DNA from: Diadema antillarum
Taxonomy: Eukaryota
DNA: 64,000 nt
Reading direction: 5' to 3'
NCBI RefSeq assembly: GCF_040938485.1
Contig: NW_027271077.1
Location: 1,116,001 to 1,180,000 of the forward strand
Position 1 is the stretch's first letter. Each line of letters starts with the position of its first letter. This document shows, piece by piece, positions 27,801-35,925 of this stretch. Under the pieces are notes generated by a model, which was not told the DNA's origin, ran no database searches, and saw only the letters and a list, made by a program, of their open reading frames with translations. Both the position numbers and the translations under genes were made by a program.

Positions 27801-29986
27801 CAGAATCAGCGTTTTGAAACGCTGATTCAAAACGCTGATTCAAAACGCCGTTCACAGGAGCACTGTTTATGCTCACTTTCTTCGAGCCTTGGAAAGAGCG
27901 TTTGCAATTGCTTCGCTGACCTCAGCAGAGGCAGGTCAAATTGGGGGCACTGCGATCGGTGGCCTGGCCTGAGAGAGCAGCTGGGATAGACATGCGTTCA
28001 CAGTACATGGGAAAACTGCACAGGCCAGGGTAGCTGGCTGGCCAGGCTCGCGCTTTTTCACGTGAACCGGAAAGGCGTTTAGATGACGTCACTCTAAACG
28101 CGTTTATGCTTCCCCGTCAAACGTGATTAGTCAGAAACGCCAATCGTAAACGCACCTTTTTGTGCGTTTTGGATCGGCGTTTTGAATCAGCGTTTCTGTT
28201 GAAGTGAGGATGAATGCAACAGCGTTTTGCACTAATCACATTTCAAAACGCTGATTCTGGCCCGAAAAAGGGAAGCATAAACACGGCCTAACACTCTTCC
28301 TCACTAGAACTGAGAGAATGACAGGACCACGCAGATCTCCAAAGTACACAAACTTTTTTCTCAATTCATGGCATCTTACACTGGCTTTGTTGCTGTGTTG
28401 GCCTCCTCTGCTTTCTTTGCTGCCTGACGTTTCATTCTAATCCTCGTCTGGTCACGCTTGAAGAATGTTGTTCTTATGGCAGCACTGGCATTCGGTGCCC
28501 TGTTCCCAGACGGAGGACGAGGTATAGCCGGCAAGGGTGCACTCTGTCCCCCCAGAAAATGACAGAAACATTAAAGGGATGAGAATCATTTAGTTATACA
28601 CATAGTTATGATTATCATAAACCAGTTTGTTCAAGAATGATGTCATTATAAAATGGGACGTCTACATACATTTTGTATCACAGTATCCGCTACTCAAAAT
28701 GAATGCTGTAGACTGGTGAGGCTGTGTGAGTATAGTTAGGCCAAAAATTACAATACTACTTCATAGTACTACTCCAGTCAGTAATTTTTTATTCAAATTC
28801 ATGAGATTCTTCCGTTGAGATGTTTTCATTGCAACTGATAGACAAATTGCCCTACATCGACGTAAATAAGCACTGAATTGATCATTAGTTGCAATGAAAA
28901 CATCTCGACGGAAGAATCTCATGAATTTGAATAACAAAGCAGTAGACGCTGCATGCTATAAGGATTACAACCAACACTTGCTGTTGGGCGAAAGCTCGGT
29001 GGTCTAGTGGAGATGACACCTTTCCGGTGATCAGGAGGTCGTAGGTTCGAATCCTGCTCAAGTATGTACGCCCATGATTTTTTATCATGGCTACTACTAA
29101 AACACTGATCAATTCAGTACTTATTTACGTCGATGTAGGGCAATTTGTCCATCAGTTGCAGCAGTAATTTTTTGTGTGTCGTTATGCTGGTGTTGAAAGT
29201 GTCTGCTTGGGTGATTTCAAATGCTAACAAAAAGTTTTGAAATCACTGAGAGCATATAAAATTTACATCTACACTTTATATCCTTATCCAAAATGTACAG
29301 CTGACTTGAAAAGAAACAGCAAAGAAGTTCTGTTCCATGATGTACTGGTAAATGAAACAAAATTTTTCAAAGTTGACAAGCACAAAAACATGTAACCATA
29401 AAGAAGTATTCTTTTTTTAAAAAACATTTAACCAATGATTTACTCTAACATTTGGAAACTAAATACAGCAAGGACTACTTGATCAGTTAAAGATTGATGT
29501 CAGTAAAGTGACAGCTCATACCTGCTTATTTACAATGGGATCTGGCTGCCCACTTTGCCTCATTCTCACGTTCTGAAAAACCTGGGCATCTTGGGGTCTG
29601 TCATACAGCCTGGCCTTCAAGTCTAAGCCTTTCTGACGAGCCCTTGAGGTGGGTTCGATGAACTCTGGCTCGGCTTCAAAGGTCACTGTCTTCTGTCTGG
29701 TGGGCTGGTGGTGCTTCAAGGGAGAGTCGTGGGGGAAGGAGGGGCTGAGCAGCTTCTGGGATGAGAGTGGGGTCTGCTGCAGGTAGAGGCTGTAGTCATC
29801 TAGGGAGCCAGTCTGGAGCGCAGCTGGGGCGCTCTGTGCCACTCGGGCATTGGCGTCCGCCACTATGATGAGTTCCCCCTGAGACTGTGGCGTGTGGTTT
29901 CCCGTGATGCGGCCATTGGGGTTTGGAGACGGAGAGTCGTCGAGATTGGTGGTCTCATCGGAAGTCGTGTAAAATGAAGACTCCAT
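733..29986 (-). CDS. DNAH14: Dynein axonemal heavy chain 14-like (DNAH6/14 inner-arm clade), N-terminal tail + DHC_N2/linker; 29 coding exons; continues beyond the left edge (3' partial)
   Basis: All 29 exons join with GT-AG sites in consistent phase and no stops (5015 nt). Peptides resemble vertebrate DNAH14 as remembered: [67 protein letters not shown]. Confidence 0.88.
1770..1797. repeat. (TCTGACC)4 heptamer array abutting a dynein 5' splice site
   Basis: Direct reading of the sequence. Confidence 0.9.
1801..1905 (-). CDS. DNAH14: Dynein coding exon 28 ([22 protein letters not shown])
   Basis: Invariant FPRFYFLSN motif. Confidence 0.95.
2444..2615 (-). CDS. DNAH14: Dynein coding exon 27 ([13 protein letters not shown])
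   Basis: ORF 2414-2629; phase 2 to 0. Confidence 0.95.
3228..3349 (-). CDS. DNAH14: Dynein coding exon 26 ([18 protein letters not shown])
   Basis: Hallmark dynein QRNWLYLE; phase 0 to 2. Confidence 0.95.
3594..3836. mobile_element. TA-flanked MITE of the CTGTA...TACAG family rich in TTCGCGA motifs; relatives near 21663-21869, 37945-38153, 43527-43700, 44934-45010, 49440-49600
   Basis: TA|CTGTATAC...GCATACAG|TA termini and a shared internal aaatttcgcga motif. Confidence 0.65.
4505..4663 (-). CDS. DNAH14: Dynein coding exon 25 (VIDLW..QLEESQV..PIK)
   Basis: QLEESQV motif characteristic of DNAH14; phase 0/0. Confidence 0.93.
5419..5499 (-). CDS. DNAH14: Dynein coding exon 24 ([27 protein letters not shown])
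   Basis: AsxExxLE motif; donor AAG|GTAAGT. Confidence 0.93.
6334..6524 (-). CDS. DNAH14: Dynein coding exon 23 ([26 protein letters not shown])
   Basis: DHC_N2 motif NPxLxxRHW; phase 1 to 0. Confidence 0.93.
6981..7213 (-). CDS. DNAH14: Dynein coding exon 22 (..[14 protein letters not shown]); the acceptor could alternatively be at 7198
   Basis: ORF 6910-7260; LRKLLW and LEKG motifs; phase 2 to 1. Confidence 0.88.
7892..8094 (-). CDS. DNAH14: Dynein coding exon 21 ([18 protein letters not shown])
   Basis: KAxxYxxYQxxF motif; phase 0 to 2. Confidence 0.9.
8428..9417. mobile_element. Foldback-type element with long (about 200 bp or more) terminal inverted repeats, TA-flanked
   Basis: 8428-~8610 is the reverse complement of ~9185-9417; termini GTGGGGCAG / CTGCCCTAC. 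Confidence 0.8.
9671..9757 (-). CDS. DNAH14: Dynein coding exon 20 ([10 protein letters not shown]...RSLL)
   Basis: Canonical sites; phase 0/0. Confidence 0.88.
10492..10710 (-). CDS. DNAH14: Dynein coding exon 19 ([20 protein letters not shown])
   Basis: ORF 10426-10722; EEFxEH motif; phase 0/0. Confidence 0.9.
11648..11821 (-). CDS. DNAH14: Dynein coding exon 18 (VHAMDRM...LIKVIK)
   Basis: ORF 11615-11863; canonical sites; phase 0/0. Confidence 0.9.
11978..12062 (+). mobile_element. 85-bp piggyBac-type MITE, copy 1 of 4
   Basis: TTAA|CC..GG|TTAA; homologous copies at 16816, 45865, 48625. Confidence 0.8.
12436..12558 (-). CDS. DNAH14: Dynein coding exon 17 (NFEPYTEM...HSEM)
   Basis: Canonical sites; phase 0/0. 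Confidence 0.88.
13665..13891 (-). CDS. DNAH14: Dynein coding exon 16 ([21 protein letters not shown])
   Basis: ORF 13542-13898; WPD..LF motif as in DNAH14; phase 1 to 0. Confidence 0.88.
14612..14727 (-). CDS. DNAH14: Dynein coding exon 15 (HLSEPVV...FEHTV)
   Basis: Canonical sites; phase 2 to 1. Confidence 0.85.
15363..15453 (-). CDS. DNAH14: Dynein coding exon 14 ([12 protein letters not shown]...YPV)
   Basis: Acceptor tctgcag|, donor AG|GTTGGT; phase 1 to 2. Confidence 0.75.
15779..15930 (-). CDS. DNAH14: Dynein coding exon 13 (SKRPGSRR...poly-Ser...ENGS)
   Basis: ORF 15729-15980; acceptor ttccacag|, donor T|GTGAGA; phase 2 to 1. Confidence 0.8.
16240..16400 (+). mobile_element. Degenerate tRNA-derived SINE fragment
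   Basis: Decayed A/B-box-like head (agttcaagtcct) followed by ggacaagg...aaatggg SINE-core-like sequence. Confidence 0.4.
16514..16626 (-). CDS. DNAH14: Dynein coding exon 12 (ILDDIKRQ...PSRP)
   Basis: Canonical sites; phase 0 to 2. Confidence 0.85.
16816..16900 (-). mobile_element. 85-bp piggyBac-type MITE, copy 2
   Basis: Reverse complement of copy 1; TTAA/TTGA flanks. Confidence 0.8.
17188..17381 (-). CDS. DNAH14: Dynein coding exon 11 (FSRRLATL...VDIDE)
   Basis: ORF 17107-17403; canonical sites; phase 1 to 0. Confidence 0.85.
17825..18079 (-). CDS. DNAH14: Dynein coding exon 10 ([22 protein letters not shown])
   Basis: Open frame, canonical sites, phase 1/1. Confidence 0.88.
18622..18736 (-). 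CDS. DNAH14: Dynein coding exon 9 (KVAEMEG...KKKKDEK)
   Basis: Acceptor tcacag|, donor A|GTAAGT; phase 0 to 1. Confidence 0.85.
19234..19501 (-). CDS. DNAH14: Dynein coding exon 8 (TIMKKQLF...WECCV)
   Basis: ORF 19192-19494; ICLVNLD..TLDEFC resembles DNAH14; phase 2 to 0. Confidence 0.9.
20003..20190. mobile_element. Decayed right arm of a Kolobok-like palindromic MITE
   Basis: Matches 51315-51497; ends CTTTAA. Confidence 0.65.
20290..20352 (-). CDS. DNAH14: Dynein coding exon 7 ([12 protein letters not shown]...), 63 nt
   Basis: Conserved WKAFxxWKxNV motif; donor AA|GTGAGT; phase 2/2. Confidence 0.9.
20511..20705. mobile_element. Half copy of the same Kolobok-like palindromic MITE
   Basis: Starts TTAAAGGG; reverse complement of 51315-51497 and of 20003-20190. 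Confidence 0.75.
20820..21623. mobile_element. Non-autonomous piggyBac-like element; related shorter element at 42503-42909
   Basis: TTAA TSD; TIR CCCTATTTTAACTGGG / CCCAGTTAGAATAGGG; subterminal GGGGTCAATTTGACCCC palindromes. Confidence 0.8.
22009..22121 (-). CDS. DNAH14: Dynein coding exon 6 ([11 protein letters not shown]...VFVKF)
   Basis: Canonical splice sites; phase 0 to 2. Confidence 0.88.
22702..22860 (-). CDS. DNAH14: Dynein coding exon 5 ([15 protein letters not shown]...ANFVSL)
   Basis: DNAH14-like motif [10 protein letters not shown]; canonical splice sites; phase 0/0. Confidence 0.9.
23229..23783. mobile_element. Same Kolobok-like family, carrying a nested insertion
   Basis: TTAA|AGG...CCT|TTAA; colinear with 261-618 apart from the insert. 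Confidence 0.7.
23463..23655. mobile_element. Tc1/pogo-type MITE (TA|CAGTG...CATTG|TA); further copies at 44518-44706 and 57744-57925
   Basis: TIRs CAGTGcACTCC..TTATAAC; the TA duplication is confirmed by the empty site in the 261-618 copy. Confidence 0.8.
26218..26357 (-). CDS. DNAH14: Dynein coding exon 4 ([18 protein letters not shown]...EPEK)
   Basis: Acceptor ctttag| (in-frame alternative AG 9 nt downstream); donor AAG|GTAGGA; phase 1 to 0. Confidence 0.8.
27007..27398 (-). CDS. DNAH14: Dynein coding exon 3 (GAGDDAK...QYDDS)
   Basis: ORF 26999-27472; acceptor tttctcag|, donor G|GTATGT; phase 2 to 1. Confidence 0.8.
27773..28288. mobile_element. PIF/Harbinger-type MITE
   Basis: TAA TSD both sides; TIR GGGCGTGTTTATGC / GCATAAACACGGCC; internal AAAACGCTGATTC repeats. 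Confidence 0.85.
28380..28543 (-). CDS. DNAH14: Dynein coding exon 2 ([13 protein letters not shown]...TKPV)
   Basis: Open frame, acceptor gacag|, donor |GTAAGA, phase 0 to 2 fits neighbours. Confidence 0.75.
28993..29064 (+). mobile_element. tRNA-derived SINE head / tRNA-like pseudogene with intact Pol III A and B boxes
   Basis: A box TGGTCTAGTGG (29000-29010), B box GGTTCGAATCC (29044-29054); T-stem pairs, acceptor and anticodon stems are broken. Confidence 0.7.
29522..29986 (-). CDS. DNAH14: Dynein coding exon 1 (MESSFYTT...VNKQ); exon probably starts at acceptor 30068
   Basis: ATG in strong context (caagATGG); in-frame stop 9 nt upstream; donor CAG|GTATGA, phase 0. Confidence 0.75.
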
Positions 29987-30280
29987 CTTGAGGCATCACC
30001 CGTATGCATGCAATTTGAAGAGTATTTTCTTAAACTGCATCCATGGCATTGGATTATGATTTTAAACCCTGTTGAAACAAAATTTGTCAAAGCAAAGTAA
30101 ATTCAGTTTGGTGTCATAACTTTTTTCCATTAAAAAAAATACTGCTTATACAGAGGTAGAACCTACATTTGTACAGTTAAACCAACCTACACTGTAGGTC
30201 TATATTTGCTGAAAAAAAGCTTTGAGTCCAGAGTGTCAGTCAAAATATTAGGATAAAGAGAGACTGCAAAATAGATAGGT

Positions 30281-30584
30281 CTAACATTGATTAGATTCTA
30301 CTGAGGAAACAGGAGGGAAAAGTATTGAACAAAATCCTCATTAGTATTTTCTACACGGAAATATTGTTAACACATCTTTGCCACTCACTACATTTACGTG
30401 TGTTATCAATTGGAGAATGGGCAGTCGATTAACTAACATTGATTAGATTCTACTGAGGAAACAGGAGGGAAAAGTATTGAACAAAATCCTCATTAGTATT
30501 TTCTACACGGAAATATTGTTAACACATCTTTGCCACTCACTACATTTACGTGTGTTATCAATTGGAGAATGGGCGGTCGATTAA
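30281..30584. repeat. Tandem duplication, 2 x 152 bp, one mismatch
   Basis: Units start at 30281 and 30433; they differ only at gcAgtcg/gcGgtcg. Confidence 0.9.
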
Positions 30585-30899
30585 AAAAGATGAGCTTGCA
30601 CCAGTGCACAGTAAAAAATGTCACTTGCGTTTGTCGCCAAGAATTCCTTGTATATAGCTATTGTCTAGACTGCTCTAATGTTAACCCTGGCGTTAGAGGT
30701 GCGAGTCAATAAATTTCTGAGCCTGGGAAGTGGGATGTGAAAGGACAGTGTGGTATTTTCAGCCTTGAATGAAATGAATGTAAGGTGAAACTGAGGGATA
30801 TTTTCTAAGATACAAGGTATTTAATCGGTGGGGCCTATTTCACGAGTATGCAATTTATATTTAATCAAGAAGTGGTTGATGAGTAACACGTTAGTAGGT

Positions 30900-31900
30900 C
30901 CAACTACTATGGTAGCCCTACTACATATCGACCATCGTCTTTTAAACCGACCGCGTATTCATTGGTGCACTAACGCTTAGTACGCACTTCACTGCGCGCA
31001 AAGCACATAAAAATGGATTGGCTTTGAATGTTGATGAGGATGGTGTGGGAAAACGCGAAAATTCACTGTTCATTAAAATGGTTTTAATCAAAAGGACAAA
31101 ATTTCGAATGAATATTTTCACCGAATCGTAATGACAGCACAATGTAATGTCTATGGAAGTTTCTAAAAAGCTTCGTAGACTTTTTCTACAACACGGTGTT
31201 CAATACAACTTGGTTTGCGTGCATTGTCAATGCAAAAACAGCGGTCGATCCTAATAACGAGCTTTACCGCGGGGAGCTGAAACGAGGCCAAGTTCGTCGG
31301 CGATATTTTTGCACTGAAACTTCGAATCGAAAAGGGAACAACGGCATTTGATAGAGCTGGATTTTCTCAATCACGTAGGTCAAGTTTTTTACGTGAATTT
31401 CAGTGTTAAATATTCTTATCAAGCAAATAAACATTAGGCGGTCGATGAGTAGTAGGTCCAACCCGGTAACCCTATACTCTAGCTACCTCGTCCAAGCGGA
31501 TGCAGCGGACAGCTAGCAAGGTTTGCCGCCGTATCTCTTGGCATGGAAACATTCACAACTACGGTAACCGAACCGGGAATCGACTGCCGCACGTTCGCTA
31601 CGTTATGCGACAGCAGATATGTAATCTCCTTTATTTTTTTTTTGTGCACTGTTGCAGCTCAGCGTACGCTAAATGTAGACATTAATACTTATTAGAAATT
31701 TTAATATTGGAACTAAGTCAACAACGAACATACCTCCTTTCGGGAGATATTCTTAGCCAGCTAGTTGTTCGCCACAGCGTTCTGATTCAAGTTTCTTACG
31801 ATGTCGATGATGGACAGTTGTGAGTTAGACAAGTCACAGTTGTTTAGTCCGCCATCTTAAATCACGCTTGACAACGCTAGTCTACAAAACGGACCACTTA
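30900..31900 (-). promoter_or_regulatory. CpG-rich promoter/first-exon region of the dynein gene with RFX-like and YY1-like motifs
   Basis: Sharp rise in CpG. X-box-like GTTTCCATGCCAAG (minus, 31537-31550); RFX half-sites GGTAAC near 31465 and 31563; CCGCCATCTT at 31849. Further minus-strand donors at 31487 and 31268. Confidence 0.55.
31734..31865 (-). other. DNAH14: Putative non-coding first exon of the dynein gene (5' end approximate)
   Basis: Strong donor GAG|GTATGT at 31734/31733; CpG-rich; YY1-like AAGATGGCGG (minus strand) at 31849-31858, typical just downstream of a TSS. Confidence 0.5.
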
Positions 31901-32563
31901 ACCATACATTCAAAATTTCATACAAAGTAACTAGGCATTCAAAGTATTCCTTTCCGTATCTGTCAAGCTGTCCAAATAAATGAATCATTAGAAATTATGC
32001 AAATAATAAATATGTATATTATGGCTTTTGATTCTGATGAGGGCATTCTAATACATCATTCCGTAGAATTTGGGTGAAACGTGTCTGAAAATACAGACTA
32101 AGTGTAATTAATTGAGTCAGGATGGTGCTCAGAGCTAGCTCTGTAATGTAGTATTGAGAGTAGTTGGCATTCCAAGACGATCATAATCACGGCCAAGTTC
32201 ACTTTCCAAGCCCGTGTGGTCGATTTGAGCTTGTTTCTCACTGTTTGGTGACATTTCTGCGTTGAGGGTGTTTAATTTTTTTTTTCTTTTATGAAGTAGA
32301 TGTGGCAACAGATGATAAAAATACTATTTAAAAAGATGTAAATTACGGTACGTGAAGTAACGAAGACACAGGCACCAGGAGGAGGAGAAGAAGAATGAGA
32401 ATTACTCAACGGAAGAAGAAGAAGAAGTAGAGGGAATTGGTAAGACGACCATGAACAGTATACTCTATATAGGCCTACAAATACAATGGTTTCTGCGCAA
32501 ATCGGTACTCAAAGCACAAAAAAAACAGCCTAATAGATGAAAGCAACACCGCCCTACTCCTGA

Positions 32564-33071
32564 ATTAACCCCAAGAATACATGCTGATTGAGTTGAATGG
32601 AACAATTTATAGTAAAGAATGCATCAGTGAAAGTTTGAGAAAAATCGGGCAATACGTTCAAAAGTTATGAATTTTTGAAGTTCTCGTTTGTTTCCGGGTT
32701 TGGTTTTTTTTTTCACTTTTCTATATAATGAAAGAGCACTAGACTTACCTCTTTCAGAAAGCAGGGGGAATAAAATAACCCTTGGCAAATGTCAGTAACA
32801 AGTTCAGGGAATGTGTATTTTTCATATGAAATTATATTTTGTGGAATTTTCTGTATACTTTCTTTATATGGTACATAGTCCATATGTTATGTCATGATCT
32901 GTAGTAGTCTTCTGATCCAGTGGTCACGTCACCAAATTTCAAAAATTCATAACTTTTCAACCGATTGTCCGATTTTCCTCAAACTTTCACTTATGTGTTC
33001 TATAGAACACATAGGTGTTCTAATATTGCTGCATACACTCAACCCACATGTATATTGGGGGTTAATTCCCC
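32564..33071. mobile_element. Kolobok-like MITE in the divergent intergenic spacer
   Basis: Inverted arms aattaacccc.../...ggggttaatt; right end CCCCT|TTAA. Confidence 0.55.
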
Positions 33072-35076
33072 TTTAAACAACGGAAACAAACAAGAACCAA
33101 ATGGGGGTAAAGTGTTTACCATACAATGATTATGTTTGTGAGTACGCTTTTGTGAATCAAAACGAACATTATTTTTAACTAGGGGCTCACTATGAACAAG
33201 CCTCTTTTATGTGCTTTTTGGGATTCCTCCACTATCATTTGTATGTTCGGCTTTGTTGTTGTTGTTGTTGGTTGTTGTTTTTTTGTATGAGTTTTACCAA
33301 TGTTGTTGATGTGAAGTGTGGAAATAAACTCAATTCAATTCATGTCAAATTAAATTCAATCATAACCATTTATGCTATACCACCTTGCAAGAACAAGTAA
33401 CTGAAAAAAATTGTAGGCCTAAGCAAAAACAAAAAACAAATCAAATGCAAAGACAAAAAACAAAAAACAAACATAAAAAACAAAAACGAAGCATAAAATG
33501 TATATGTTGAAAACTAAGAGTTAAATTGGACATGTTTAAAAGAAAAAAAGACATTGAGTAGAAGTGCCATGTCAGGGATGTAAGCGGGAATGGTGGTCCC
33601 TTGCCCTCATCTATATAGTGGCGGATCGACGTGGGGGGGGGGGGGGGGGGGGGGGAGTTGACAACCTCACCCCCAAGCCTTGTGCTGCCAATTTAAAGAA
33701 GGAAGCCATCACCCAAAATTGATAAAATTCAAAGGAAAGGGAATGATATTCCCGACAGAACAATTCAAAAACTGACAAAAAACAGATAAGAAAGAAATAA
33801 GGAAAACATGACATTTTGACATTTCTCTTTTTTTCGAAAAACATTTTAATAGTCCCTGTGAATATTCAATAAGCAATTTGATGACGTCATACCCTCACAA
33901 TAATTTTTTCTCAGGTATATAATATTTATGAAATTCGGGGAATAAGTTATTTTTAGCTAAAGCAAGTAAAAGAATGTTCTCATTTTAAGATATATCGGAG
34001 TTAAGATTTTGGTTATTTTGGGTGGTTTTAAGGCACATTCTGTATTTATACAGCTGAAATATGAGATTTTGTCTTTTCCGCATAATCTTTTCCGCATAAT
34101 CATGAAATGAATAAAAAATTAGAGTAGAGCATGACATCGTCAACTTGCACATTCGAATATTCATTGAAGGACTGTGTTTTCCGAAAGGTAATATTTTAAC
34201 ATGTCATATCTTTCTTAATCGTTATAGAATCCAATTTTGTCATTTTTGTATAGGTCTATAAGGAATATTCTCTCTTTCTTTAGAAGTTTATCGATTTTTA
34301 GGGTGGATGTGCGATGTGCACAGAAAAACGGCACCATGTGCCCAGAACCACCCACCACACAGCCGATGTTCCCAGCAGGGCCGACGGAAGGGGGGGGGGG
34401 GGGGGGTGCCCGGGGTGGTACCGGGGTTCGCCCCCCCCCCCTTTTTTTTTTTTTTTTTTTTTTGCACCCGTACATAGAAATACAGGATGTCACCACTTTG
34501 CCCCCCCCCCCCCCCCCAACTTTTTTTTTTTTAACCCGGAAGTGGTGCTTGAAAACAATATGAAACCTTTGAGCGCGCGGTAAGGCCTTTTGTTTTGCGC
34601 TGAAGACTGTCGGAAGTGGGCCCCTCACTTTTGAAAACGTGGCGCCGGCCATGTCATGCCCACAGCACTCGGCTGTCTCAGGCTCAGCCCAACGTTGATT
34701 CACCCGATTTTGTCGCTAGAACTGGCAGAAAAAAAAAAGTGAAGACGTTTCTTTTATTTCTGTTTTAGATTTGTTTTGTTTTGTTTTGTTTTTCTTTGCT
34801 TGTCAGCCAGTTTGTCTTGGTCACCCCCCCCCCCCTTCAGAGTAGCAAAAAAAGCTAGATCCACCCTGTGATCTGTGATCATTTCAGTTTTTATTTAGGC
34901 CCTATAATTTTGGGATATATATTATAGCACCTGGAACACAATTAGCAACTATATAAGTACTCCATAGGGTCTGCGTTATAGACATCCTGAAGTGTAGTGA
35001 AGAGAACAGGGGAAAGCGAAGATAGATACCCAGATAAATGGACTAAGAATACTCACGCGGTGAATATAATGATATG

Positions 35077-35095
35077 ACAACAAGTCCCAGAGGCC
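35077..35095 (+). promoter_or_regulatory. ZNF143/SBS (ACTACA-type)-like motif in the PRPF39 promoter
   Basis: ACAACAAGTCCCAGAGGCC versus consensus ACTACAAnTCCCAGnATGC, about 100 bp upstream of the probable first exon. Confidence 0.45.
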
Positions 35096-35189
35096 CTACT
35101 GTGATTTTCCCCGTAATAAAGATGCGATAAGTGCTGAATAAAAGAATAAGTAAAAGTTGTTTTTTTTTTCTCGAGTGATTTAGAGTAGA

Positions 35190-35320
35190 ATTCGGCGGCG
35201 AATCAAAATATTCTAGTTGAGACTGTGATAAATGGTAGCAAATCAGACAATAGGTCCTATCCTAAAAGCTTCACCGAGATTTGCTGCTGTTGTTGCTGAG
35301 CCCGGCCTGTTATTTTTAAG
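35190..35320 (+). other. PRPF39: Putative non-coding first exon of PRPF39 (start approximate)
   Basis: Donor AAG|GTGCGT at 35320; an acceptor (ttctttcag|AC ATG) sits 2 nt before the start codon, so an upstream exon is required. Confidence 0.45.
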
Positions 35321-35925
35321 GTGCGTGCCATTTAGTTGTGAATATATATATACTAAAAATCTACATGTATAGGCCTACTGGCATCTTGTTTCATTCAAAG
35401 AAAATTAATTCAAATCAATAAGGGAGGGGATAAAAGCTACGCTGCATTATTGCCGCAATTTTGGAGATACTGATTCTTTGTGTTTACTTTTGACTTGTAC
35501 TATCAGAATAATAATGTACTAGTTCTGGAGTAGACTTTATCCAGAGCACGAGCTCGGAGGTCGATCAAGTCGCTCTCATCAAAGAGATTTTCCCCAGGAG
35601 GAGAAAATCTCTTTGCTCGCATCTCACTTGTGGTACAGTGTATGTCGCCCTCTTTGGTCCATAGTGCGAAGAGCGCGACTGTCGTTCGTCGACTCCTATC
35701 CTGATACATTTACTGCACGTAGCTAACCATAGGCCTAGGTTAGTGGTCTTCACGTGTTTGGCAAGTGGATGTTGCACGCGTGTACAAAGTGTGTGTGACT
35801 TTACCCAAGCGCCCGAACTCCTTTTGTAAGACAGTGAGTAATTCTGCGAATATTTGCATTTATGCGAGCTTGTTGTGATAAAGTGTGTGTATTATTCTGT
35901 ATAATTCTGTGCTGTTCTTTCAGAC

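Noticed and set aside
28993-29064. Functional tRNA gene
   Set aside because: Acceptor and anticodon stems do not pair and no clear anticodon loop is present; treated as a SINE head.
34377-34868. G/C-homopolymer-rich ORFs (34215-34703 and others) and G-quadruplex-like runs
   Set aside because: Typical poly-G/C/T tracts of decayed MITEs; termini and TSDs could not be fixed reliably.
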